From: an uncultured Planctomycetaceae bacterium
GTDB lineage: Bacteria > Planctomycetota > Planctomycetia > Pirellulales > Thermoguttaceae
Assembly: GCA_964615095.1 (NCBI GenBank)
Contig: CAZTPX010000008.1
Location: 57,361 to 121,360, forward strand
DNA length: 64,000 bases
Direction: 5' to 3'
How positions within the stretch are numbered: position 1 is the stretch's first letter; each line of letters starts with the position of its first letter. The translations under genes were made by a program, and so were the position numbers. Under the pieces are notes generated by a model, which was given only the letters and a program-made list of their open reading frames with translations, searched no databases and was not told where the DNA came from. Positions 44,588 through 52,039 of the stretch are shown here, in pieces.

Positions 44588-45421
44588 ATGTCGCCGTTGG
44601 AGTTTGTCCTCTCGCTGTTCGCCATCTGCCTGGGGGCCGGGTTTATCGGCTCCCTGGTGGGACTGGGCGGCGGAATCATCGTCGTGCCGGCCCTGACGTT
44701 GATCTACGGCGTCGACATCCGCTATGCGATCGGCGCGTCGATCGTCTCCGTGATTGCCACTTCCAGCGGGGCGGCGGCAGCCTACGTGCGCGAAGGAATG
44801 ACAAACCTCCGCACGGCGATGCTGCTGGAAATCGGTACAACCGCCGGCGCAATCAGCGGCGCCTTCCTGGCCGGCGTCGTGCAAGGCCGGTGGTTGTACC
44901 TCATTTTTGGAGTCGCCCTGGCAGGCTCGGGCCTGGCCATGCTGCGGCAAGCCGGGGGCAGGGCGCGGCCCGTGCCGCCCGATGCCTGGGCCGACTGGTT
45001 CCAACTTCACGGGACGTACTTCGACGAATCGCGGCAGGGCGAGGTCCCGTATCGAGTTGCCCATACCCGCCTGGGCCTTTTCTTGATGTACGTCGCCGGC
45101 GTCAGTAGCGGCCTGCTGGGGATCGGCTCCGGAATGTTGAAAGTCCCGGCCATGGATCTCGCCATGCGGATCCCCCTCAAGGTCTCGACCGCGACCAGCA
45201 ATTTCATGATCGGCGTAACGGCGGCAGCTAGCGCGGGCGTTTATTTCAGCCGGGGCGACATCGACCCGTTCATCGCCGCGCCCGTGGCCCTGGGCGTCGT
45301 ACTGGGGGCGATGGCCGGTTCCCGCGCGTTGAAGAGCATCGATAACCGCTTGCTGCGGATGGTCTTCGTAGCCATTTTGCTCGTCGTCTCGGCACAGATG
45401 GTTTGGAAAGGGGTCCACTAA
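44588..45421 (+). CDS. TauE/SafE (DUF81) family anion exporter
   Basis: The in-frame ATG at 44588 gives MSPLEFVLSLFAICLGAGFIGSLVGLGGGIIVVPALTLIYGVDIRYAIGASIVSVIATS. Two-fold repeat of 4-TM units, typical of DUF81. Confidence 0.8.
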   Translation: MSPLEFVLSLFAICLGAGFIGSLVGLGGGIIVVPALTLIYGVDIRYAIGASIVSVIATSSGAAAAYVREGMTNLRTAMLLEIGTTAGAISGAFLAGVVQGRWLYLIFGVALAGSGLAMLRQAGGRARPVPPDAWADWFQLHGTYFDESRQGEVPYRVAHTRLGLFLMYVAGVSSGLLGIGSGMLKVPAMDLAMRIPLKVSTATSNFMIGVTAAASAGVYFSRGDIDPFIAAPVALGVVLGAMAGSRALKSIDNRLLRMVFVAILLVVSAQMVWKGVH

Positions 45422-45843
45422 TGCCGGAAAGGGAAGAACGATCCACAGTGCCGCGTGACGTCGCTATGAAGCGGATGGAAGCGCTCATCAGCCGTCTCTT
45501 GCAGGGAGGCGTCGTCCTGAGCATGGCCACAGTGACCTTGGGCGTGGTGCTGATGTTCGTTCACCATCCGGGCTATCTCCAATCGGCCGCCGATCTCCAG
45601 CGGCTTACCGCGCCGGGGGCCGCGATCCCGCACACGCCGGCCGACGTTGCCCGCGGGGTTCTTGCCGGGCAGGGGCGGGCCGTGGTGGCCTTGGGGCTTA
45701 TTCTGCTTATCGCCACGCCGATCCTGCGGGTAGCCGTTTCCCTGGTCGGTTTCGGCCTGCAACGCGACCGCGCGTACACGGTCATCTGCAGCCTGGTATT
45801 GATCGTGCTGCTGGTCTCGTTCGTCTTGGGGAAAGCGGAATAA
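45421..45843 (+). CDS. DUF1634-like small membrane protein
   Basis: The in-frame ATG at 45421 overlaps the TauE stop (TAATG). MPEREERSTVPRDVAMKRMEALISRLLQGGVVLSMATVTLGVVLMFV.... Three TM segments. DUF81-DUF1634 pairing is a known gene pair. Confidence 0.65.
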   Translation: MPEREERSTVPRDVAMKRMEALISRLLQGGVVLSMATVTLGVVLMFVHHPGYLQSAADLQRLTAPGAAIPHTPADVARGVLAGQGRAVVALGLILLIATPILRVAVSLVGFGLQRDRAYTVICSLVLIVLLVSFVLGKAE

Positions 45844-45851
45844 TCAGGCCC

Positions 45852-46188
45852 CTTGTGGTGCAGGCGTCCTGCTTGGCTTGGTTTTGTTCCGTAGGCAGAA
45901 GCTGTCACTCGTCGCGTAGCGACGCCATGATGGAAGCCGTGGGTTTCAACCCACGGTTTACGGTGCGCGCATATTTCTCCGTCGCGTAGCGACGGCCGAT
46001 TCTCAGTCGTCGCTACGCGACGAACGGAAGGATTATTCCGGACCGTCGTCCGTGGGTTGATACCCACGGCTACCATCGGCGGTCGCTACGCGACCAAGTC
46101 TGCCCGACAGAGAATGGAACAAAAACGGGGATAAGCCTCCCAGAGCCGCCAAAGGTCACTTACGCAGGCGGGACGCCTGCACCACAAG
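45852..46188. repeat. ~340-bp composite foldback element
   Basis: Outer arms cttgtggtgcaggcgtcc / ggacgcctgcaccacaag. Internal modules gtcgcgtagcgac (x4, self-complementary) and ccgtgggtttcaacccacgg / ccgtgggttgatacccacgg are placed mirror-symmetrically. No ORF. Confidence 0.8.
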
Positions 46189-46449
46189 CCGCTATCGATG
46201 GGAGTCGCTACGAAGCACTTCGGAGAGAATAACTGTTTAGCGGAATGGAGGAACAGCCCCCAGCCCGCTTGCCGGGCTGGTGAAGAAGTCTTTTTAGCGA
46301 TGTCTGCGGCCTCAATCGCTCGCAAGGCTCATTCACCTGCCAGACAAGCGGACAGGGACCTACGAAGTATTTTGGCCATCGCGTCTTCGCTCACAAGACT
46401 CTCGACAATTATTGTTATTCCTATCTGCCAGCCGATTCCGGCGGCCTCT

Positions 46450-46611
46450 ATGATGATCGGCTCCGTCGAGATTGCCAAGAAGCAGCTTGCCGAGGCCGTG
46501 AGACTAGCGCCCAGCGACAAGCTTGCCACCCACTACGTGCAACAACTCGAAGCCCACAAGCCGCTGACGCCCCCGGAAATGGCCTCCAAGCCTGGGGGCA
46601 CCGCGTTCTGA
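46450..46611 (+). pseudogene. C-terminal fragment (~53 aa) of the Gly/His/Trp/Tyr-rich TPR-like paralog family
   Basis: MMIGSVEIAKKQLAEAVRLAPSDKLATHYVQQLEAHKPLTPPEMASKPGGTAF aligns with ...LMIGARDNAKTELAEAAKLTPKDKLAGHYLQQLQSNSPLTPPQMAARPQGKAL. No upstream homology in any frame. Confidence 0.7.
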
Positions 46612-46685
46612 GGGCGGCTTGTGGCATGCCTTCACGCGCCAACGACCGTTTCCCGATTCTGAATTTTCTGCTTTGAACTTGTTTG

Positions 46686-46722
46686 GGATTTCGGATTTCG
46701 AATTTCGAATTTTGGATTTTTC
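46686..46722. repeat. AT-rich 'ggatttcg / cgaaat' repeat element
   Basis: ggatttcggatttcgaatttcgaattttggattttt. Same family as 25397 and the arms of 40566-40900. Confidence 0.7.
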
Positions 46723-46725
46723 TTT

Positions 46726-48378
46726 TTACGGGCAGGGACGGGAAAGCAGGTGCGGGCAGTCGGGGGCCATGCCGGGCGGCCGCGAGGTATCGACCGGACC
46801 CGGTTGGCCGACAGGACGGTCGCACACGAGGATGCGGGCCGGATAGCCCAAGGCCCGATAGAGTTGGAATTGGGCGCGATTGTAATTGTTGATGGCGGTG
46901 AAGTAGAGATCGTAAGACCGTTTCATTTCCTGCAGCGCGGCGACCGCTTCCTGAGGGCGGTTGATCAGTTCCAGCAGTCCGCCGGCAGCGCGGGTCTGGC
47001 CAATCCCGATAAGCGTGCCATTGTAGGTAATGACCGACTCCCGCACCGTGGTCTTGGCGGATTCGACCTGCAAGTCGGCCGCCTCCAGGTTGGCGCGGGC
47101 CTCGACGACTTCCTGCGCCACGCGGTCTTGCGTATCGGCCAGGTCGATACAGGCCCTTTGTTCCTGGGCCACGCGCTCGTGTACGCGGGCCCTGTTTCCC
47201 AGGCCAAGATTGTCGAGCGTCCAGACGGCGCCCACTTCCATGTCGAACCGCCCGCCGTAGAGATGCGTGCCGTCGTCGGGACCGCCGCCGAAGACGCCGC
47301 CGTTGAAATAGCCGCCCGGTCCGGTGCCTTGCATCACCACCGTGGGCAGCAGCGGCCGGACCCGCTCCTGCCGCACACGTTGCTCGCTGGCTTGCACCAA
47401 GGCCCTTTGCGACGACAATTCCGGCCGGTTGGCCAGACCCACCGGAATCAGGTCGGCAACCGCCAAGCGCGGCGAGATCATGGCGATCTGAAGATGTGGC
47501 GGTTCCAGGGGAACGACCACGGCGCCGGGGTTCAATCGCAGCACGCGGGCGAGTCGCGAACTGGCAATCCGCCAGTTGGCCCGCGCGGCGATGGCCTGCT
47601 GCTGCAAATCGAATTCCAGGGCCCGCACCCGATCGATCTCATTCCGCGACACCAACCCCCCGGCAAGGCCCGTCACTTTGCGGGCCAGGACCTCGGACTT
47701 CTCTACCGCATCCAGGGCGCCGGCCAACGTGCCGCGGGCCTGCTGCACGTCGAAGTATGCCACGGCCACCGTGAACAGGGCGTCGTTGCGCGCAGCCTGA
47801 AGATCGGCCTCGCGGGCCGCCAAATTCTGCCGGGCGACCAATGGGACGAAGATGGCGTCGGTGATACCGAAGTCCAGAGTCGCCCCGCCACCCGTAGCAA
47901 AGGCGCTCTTGTTGTCGCGAATGATCGTGCCATCCGTCGATTGGTCAAGCCCGGTGTGCCGGTAGAAGTCGGTACCGAAATTGAGGTTCGGCAACCCGAG
48001 TACCCTGGCACTTTGCAGCAAGGCAGCCGCCTCTTCCACGCTGCTGCGGGCCGCGGCGATGACCAGCGGGCGGGCGTTGGACAGGTACAGGGCCGTGGGC
48101 AGGTTGATCGGCAAGGGCTGGTCCGTTGCCGCGGGTTGGGCCGGTTGCATCTGGGGCGGTTGTGTGTTCTCGCTGAGGACGGGGCACCCGAGGACTTGGC
48201 CGGGCCCGGTATAGACCGGGACCAATCCTTGCGGCATGCCGACCTGCGGGGGCGGAGGGGCAACCTCCTCGGGACGACCGGGGTCGTAAGGTGGGGCCGC
48301 CAGGGCGATGGTTCCGCCGACCAACAATATGCACACACCGATTAGATATCGTGACATCATTGTCTTTCGAGGCAGCAT
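46726..48378 (-). CDS. TolC-like outer membrane efflux protein (OMF family)
   Basis: Track ORF 46726..48453. Its first 25 codons are a REP palindrome. The in-frame ATG at 48378 (or 48360) gives the signal peptide ...MMSRYLIGVCILLVGGTIALAAPP. Two internal OEP repeats (LPTALYLSNARPLVIAAARSSVEEAAALL..., SSQRALVQASEQRVRQERVRPLLP...). Confidence 0.75.
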   Translation of the reverse strand: MLPRKTMMSRYLIGVCILLVGGTIALAAPPYDPGRPEEVAPPPPQVGMPQGLVPVYTGPGQVLGCPVLSENTQPPQMQPAQPAATDQPLPINLPTALYLSNARPLVIAAARSSVEEAAALLQSARVLGLPNLNFGTDFYRHTGLDQSTDGTIIRDNKSAFATGGGATLDFGITDAIFVPLVARQNLAAREADLQAARNDALFTVAVAYFDVQQARGTLAGALDAVEKSEVLARKVTGLAGGLVSRNEIDRVRALEFDLQQQAIAARANWRIASSRLARVLRLNPGAVVVPLEPPHLQIAMISPRLAVADLIPVGLANRPELSSQRALVQASEQRVRQERVRPLLPTVVMQGTGPGGYFNGGVFGGGPDDGTHLYGGRFDMEVGAVWTLDNLGLGNRARVHERVAQEQRACIDLADTQDRVAQEVVEARANLEAADLQVESAKTTVRESVITYNGTLIGIGQTRAAGGLLELINRPQEAVAALQEMKRSYDLYFTAINNYNRAQFQLYRALGYPARILVCDRPVGQPGPVDTSRPPGMAPDCPHLLSRPCP

Positions 48379-48405
48379 CGCCCCGGCACGAAAGACTCTC
48401 ACTCT

Positions 48406-48448
48406 AACCCGAAGCGTAAGCGAAAGCCCCTCGCTTGCGCTTCGGGTT
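48406..48448. repeat. REP-like palindrome (aacccgaagcgtaagcga ... tcgcttgcgcttcgggtt)
   Basis: 18-bp arms with 1 mismatch. Same family at 50647-50700, 57613-57637 (half copy) and 57697-57762. Confidence 0.8.
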
Positions 48449-48589
48449 GGCATTGATCAACTTGGTTGCCGGGGTAATATCGCCCCCCTTTTTCGGGAAC
48501 CGAAGATTACGACTTTATCCATCTTTCGGATTGTATCGGAAAAGGCGGGGCCGCTAGCGGTGAAATAACGGTGCTTCCGATGCAGGTTG

Positions 48590-48806
48590 CGCATAGTGCC
48601 CAGTTTTTGGCGAGACTGCTTCAATTGCAGCGAACGACTCTTCGGCCCGAATCGGTTCGGCGAGAAATCCATGCCGGCATCCAGGCATCGCTTGCGGTCG
48701 CTTTCGAAGGCACTGGCCGTCAGGGCGACGATCGGGAGGTGCTCGTCGGTGTGCCGTTCTCCGGCGCGAATCCTCTCCGTCGAAACAGGACCGATCGCCG
48801 ACCGCC
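48590..48806 (-). pseudogene. response-regulator receiver domain remnant (C-terminal half, frameshifted)
   Basis: Own translation: ...STERIRAGERHTDEHLPIVALTASAFESDRKRCLDAGMD in one frame continues as GFLAEPIRAEESFAAIEAV in the frame of track ORF 48554..48814. The N-terminal half of the receiver is absent. Confidence 0.45.
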
Positions 48807-48810
48807 ACCG

Positions 48811-49347
48811 TCACGGCTGTACTCCACGGAGCTTGGCCAAATCGTGCGCGTGGCCGTTGGATCGCCAGTATACTTGCGCAACATCAATTTTGTACTCCAC
48901 GGAGCCTAGTGCGAGAGGGTCGCAGACATTGAGAACTTCGTTCACTGCGGCCTGCGCCAATTGGCGGACATAGTAGGACCGCGCGGAACCCCGGATCACG
49001 ATCCGGCCGTCGCGTCTTTCGACCGATAATTCGTTGATCCGACCAGCGGTGCGATTGGTGATCCACTGCGCCAGGCATTCGTCGAAATCGGCAAGCGAGG
49101 GGGAGGGAACCGGCGAGTTCTGCGGTTCATCCGCCGCAAGGCGATCTGGCGGAACATCGCTGCTTGCCGGCGGGCAATTGCCGCTGCCTTGGACCCGATC
49201 CCGCACCTCACGGCGATGGACGGGAATATCGGCGGGGGCAGAAATCCCCAGGCGCACGCGTGTCTTGCCCACGTCCACGACGTCGATGGTAATGCCCCGC
49301 TCGGGAAAAACAACTTGTTCGCCGATCTTACGCGTAAATACCAGCAT
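48811..49347 (-). CDS. csrA: CsrA/RsmA RNA-binding domain fused to a ~125-aa C-terminal extension (BON-like end)
   Basis: The in-frame ATG at 49347 gives MLVFTRKIGEQVVFPERGITIDVVDVGKTRVRLGISAPADIPVHRREV, a canonical CsrA fold sequence. It is followed by a Pro/Ser linker and ...INELSVERRDGRIVIRGSARSYYVRQLAQAAVNEVLNV.... Confidence 0.75.
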   Translation of the reverse strand: MLVFTRKIGEQVVFPERGITIDVVDVGKTRVRLGISAPADIPVHRREVRDRVQGSGNCPPASSDVPPDRLAADEPQNSPVPSPSLADFDECLAQWITNRTAGRINELSVERRDGRIVIRGSARSYYVRQLAQAAVNEVLNVCDPLALGSVEYKIDVAQVYWRSNGHAHDLAKLRGVQP

Positions 49348-49456
49348 CTGGAAGTCCTTTCTGACGTGGGTTTGCACTACGACGGAATTTGCTCCGGCAG
49401 CGTTTGAGGCACAGGTGATTCATGGCAGGGAGTCCCTCCTGGCGATGCGCTGACAA

Positions 49457-49882
49457 TCAGGCACGCTCCATTCTGGCGGGAAAAGGCGGCAGGCCCATGC
49501 GCAGCGACTCGCTGCATTCGGCAACCCGCCGTCCAAGGGTGCGATCGACAATCTGTCTCAACTCGGCCAGGTCATCGGCTTTCGCGACACATGCCGTGGC
49601 CAACAGCGCGCGGTCGTCGCGCAGGCAATCCTCGTCATGCGCGGTGAAAAGGATCACCGGCGTCCGGGGGGAAAGACTCTTGATTTGCGCAAGCGTATCC
49701 AGCCCGCTGCAGCGAGGCATGGAAATGTCGAGGATCGCCAGGTCCGGCGTTTCCGCGATGAACATTTCCAGGGCCTCGACCCCGTCGCGTGCGAGGACTA
49801 CGCGATATCCTTCGTCTGTAAACGCCGCGCGGCAGTACTCGCGGATGTTCTTGTGGTCGTCGGCAAAGAGAATGGTTTTCAT
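49457..49882 (-). CDS. single-domain response regulator (CheY-like receiver)
   Basis: MKTILFADDHKNIREYCRAAFTDEGYRVVLARDGVEALEMFIAETPDLAILDISMPRCSGLDTLAQIKSLSPRTPVILFTAH. Confidence 0.8.
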   Translation of the reverse strand: MKTILFADDHKNIREYCRAAFTDEGYRVVLARDGVEALEMFIAETPDLAILDISMPRCSGLDTLAQIKSLSPRTPVILFTAHDEDCLRDDRALLATACVAKADDLAELRQIVDRTLGRRVAECSESLRMGLPPFPARMERA

Positions 49883-49939
49883 TCGGAAGAATACTCACGT
49901 TGTCTTGTAGTTCTCGTAAGAATCGTCAGGAAACCGGCT

Positions 49940-50392
49940 TTATTTTGAAAATGTATCCGCGGCGAACATGTCAGTGACTTTTCGCTCCTCATGTTCGATC
50001 TTGAGCCAGTCCAGCCAGCCGTGGGCCTTTGCCGCCTCGGTCGCGTGATGCTCAGCCCGGGCCGCACAGCGACGCACTTGCTCATCGCTGGTTCCCTCTC
50101 CAAACAGCACTTTGACCCGAATCGTGTCCGGTTTAGACGCGTCGTACAAATAATGCACGGCAACTCCGCCCGTCACGCGCTGGCTGTTGGCCAACGCCTG
50201 GCGGGAATTGAGCAGCAGACACAACCACTCGCCTTTCGTCGGAGTGTAAGGTGATGCGCCTCTTCGATCCTTGTCGGATCCAGTTTGAGAGGCAGCTAGC
50301 AACGTCGCCACAAACAGCGATGCCGCGCCACAAGACACAATCCAAACAACGGTCCGCCAAGCGAACCGCGACCGATTTGCCGATGCGTTCAT
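49940..50392 (-). CDS. hypothetical membrane-anchored protein, 150 aa
   Basis: In-frame ATG at 50392 with GGAGG RBS. MNASANRSRFAWRTVVWIVSCGAASLFVATLLAAS (signal/anchor). No family recognised. Preceded by a sigma-54 promoter. Confidence 0.6.
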   Translation of the reverse strand: MNASANRSRFAWRTVVWIVSCGAASLFVATLLAASQTGSDKDRRGASPYTPTKGEWLCLLLNSRQALANSQRVTGGVAVHYLYDASKPDTIRVKVLFGEGTSDEQVRRCAARAEHHATEAAKAHGWLDWLKIEHEERKVTDMFAADTFSK

Positions 50393-50438
50393 GGGGCTAC
50401 CTCCGGTAAAGCAGGAATTGTTGTATGGTCCCCGGGTA

Positions 50439-50454
50439 AGCATTCCCCGTGCCA
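50439..50454 (-). promoter_or_regulatory. sigma-54 promoter (minus-strand TGGCACGGGGAATGCT)
   Basis: Matches TGGCACG-N4-TTGCW at all core positions except one T. Correct GG-N10-GC spacing. The -12 end lies 46 nt upstream of the ATG at 50392. Identical 16-mer at 51390-51405. Confidence 0.75.
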
Positions 50455-50550
50455 GATTGCCGTATGTTTCCGATAAGGAGCGTAAGTTTCAATGCTCTCG
50501 CAGTTTAGGAAAAGAATAATCCTGGCTGCGGACGTCCAGGTTCGCTCTTG

Positions 50551-50568
50551 CCGTCCAGGTTTGGACGG
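50551..50568 (-). promoter_or_regulatory. candidate enhancer (UAS) palindrome CCGTCCA-AACC-TGGACGG
   Basis: Perfect 7-4-7 palindrome starting 114 nt upstream of the TGGCAC of the 50454 promoter. Half-site repeat acctggacg lies 10 nt downstream. Homologous sites with the same spacing occur at 51503-51520 and 57844-57861. Confidence 0.6.
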
Positions 50569-50621
50569 CGGTTCCGGGAAATCGTCCGAAAACCGACGCT
50601 GGCCCTGGAGGGAGCCGTTAC

Positions 50622-50745
50622 ACTGTTCGCGGGCGAAAATGATCGAAACCCGACGCGTAAGCGAGGAATCTAATCCGTTACCTCGCTTACGCATCGGGTT
50701 ACGACCGCCACCTAGAAGAACGTATCATTTTCGCCCGCGAACAGT
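50622..50745. repeat. nested palindromic element (22-bp perfect outer arms)
   Basis: actgttcgcgggcgaaaatgat (50622-50643) is the exact reverse complement of 50724-50745. The inner hairpin aacccgacgcgtaagcgagg ... cctcgcttacgcatcgggtt belongs to the 48406 family. Confidence 0.85.
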
Positions 50746-50888
50746 ATAAGAAAGCAGCCGGTACAAGGCATGTGGCGGCTGCTTTTCTCGCGACACCTGT
50801 TGCTTCGTGGGTCCCAATCGCGATCGTTCCGTCGTCAACACCGAATCTTGGTCCCCTGGGACCCGCAAGTCCTCCGAGGCCCGTCCCG

Positions 50889-51332
50889 TCACTCATTGTA
50901 GAAATCTTCCAGGTCCTGCGACCATCCAGAGTTCGCGGAGTTCACGCACGGCGGCGGGGCCACGTACGTCGGCGGCGGAGCCGCCACGGCAGTTGGTGGG
51001 AGCGACGGCGCCGGCATGCTCGGGTTGTCAATCGGACGCGCCGCGGTGTACGTCGTTGGGTGACCCGAGCCGGCGGCTACCGCGTCGAGAACGACAAAAG
51101 TAATCTGACCGGTCTTCGCGTCGAGCAATACGTCTTTGATCCGGCCGATTTTTTGGCCCTGCGAATCAAGCACCGTCGTGCCCGTCAGCGCAGAGACCCG
51201 AATGGTCCCTGCCGAGCCTTGCATCGGCGACCGGTCTTGGCCGATGTTTGGCGCCGCCGCGCTTGCCAGCGATGCTCCCAAAAGAAGCACTGCGGCAAAG
51301 GCAGCCAGTGAAAAAGTCCAACGCGCGATCAT
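50889..51332 (-). CDS. secreted PRC-barrel domain protein
   Basis: Signal peptide MIARWTFSLAAFAAVLLLGASLASAAA. VSALTGTTVLDSQGQKIGRIKDVLLDAKTGQITFVVLD is the PRC-barrel signature. Pro-rich C-terminus. Preceded by a sigma-54 promoter. Confidence 0.7.
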   Translation of the reverse strand: MIARWTFSLAAFAAVLLLGASLASAAAPNIGQDRSPMQGSAGTIRVSALTGTTVLDSQGQKIGRIKDVLLDAKTGQITFVVLDAVAAGSGHPTTYTAARPIDNPSMPAPSLPPTAVAAPPPTYVAPPPCVNSANSGWSQDLEDFYNE

Positions 51333-51389
51333 GTTCTACCCCTTTCAAAAAGTGTTAGATAACCGTTGTCAACGCGTTAGCTGTTCGTT

Positions 51390-51405
51390 AGCATTCCCCG
51401 TGCCA
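51390..51405 (-). promoter_or_regulatory. sigma-54 promoter (minus-strand TGGCACGGGGAATGCT)
   Basis: 16-mer identical to 50439-50454. The -12 end lies 57 nt upstream of the ATG at 51332. Confidence 0.75.
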
Positions 51406-51502
51406 ATTCGAAGCATGCTTCCGCCATGGAACCACAAGTGCTGACGCTGCCGCAAGTTAGGACCGCGGCAATCCTGACGAAAGACTCTGATGCGCCTCTC
51501 TG

Positions 51503-51520
51503 CCGTCCAGATTTGAACGG
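51503..51520 (-). promoter_or_regulatory. candidate enhancer (UAS) palindrome CCGTTCA-AATC-TGGACGG
   Basis: Starts 115 nt upstream of the TGGCAC at 51405. One mismatch to a perfect palindrome. Conserved caggatt block 44 nt downstream, as in the other two modules. Confidence 0.6.
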
Positions 51521-51712
51521 AGGCAACAAAAAAAGTGTCGGAATATGGACGGAAGCCTGGGAGAGAGCGCGTTGCGGTTTCGGTCGCTTCACGTTGATCA
51601 GCAACGACTTACAAGATTTCCGTCGAACACAATGCACACGCCCGACCGAGAGGCATGGTATTTGCGTCAAGTCCTTGTAAGTGTCCGCAGGGGCTCCGCC
51701 CCTTCAGCCGGA

Positions 51713-52006
51713 ATGGCTATCGATTTGCGGGATGAGGCCATCCGCCATTTGGAAGTGACGGTCGTGTTAGCGCCGAGGACTGGTGAATACCTGTGCGCGT
51801 GGGCCGAGGCCTACGAATTGGCTGCGAGGAATGAAGAGAGCCTCGCCGTAATCCAGTGGGCCATTACTCTGAACCCTGCCGTAGACAAGTATTACCGAGT
51901 GCTAGCCAGTGTTGCCTCGAAAACAGGGGCCTACCGCCTGTATAACCAGGGCCTACTGGGAATGGTCGGGAGCAGCGGATGTTGCAGTCATGTCCACAAA
52001 TCATAA
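51713..52006 (+). CDS. possible small helical (TPR-like) protein; weak call
   Basis: Track ORF 51545..52006, whose 5' part overlaps the promoter module of the neighbouring gene. The internal ATG at 51713 gives MAIDLRDEAIRHLEVTVVLAPRTGEYLCAWAEAYELAARNEESLAVIQWAITLNPAVDKYY.... Poor RBS. Confidence 0.25.
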   Translation: MAIDLRDEAIRHLEVTVVLAPRTGEYLCAWAEAYELAARNEESLAVIQWAITLNPAVDKYYRVLASVASKTGAYRLYNQGLLGMVGSSGCCSHVHKS

Positions 52007-52039
52007 AGAGAGAAATCCTTCCTACGAAAGGGGAAAACC

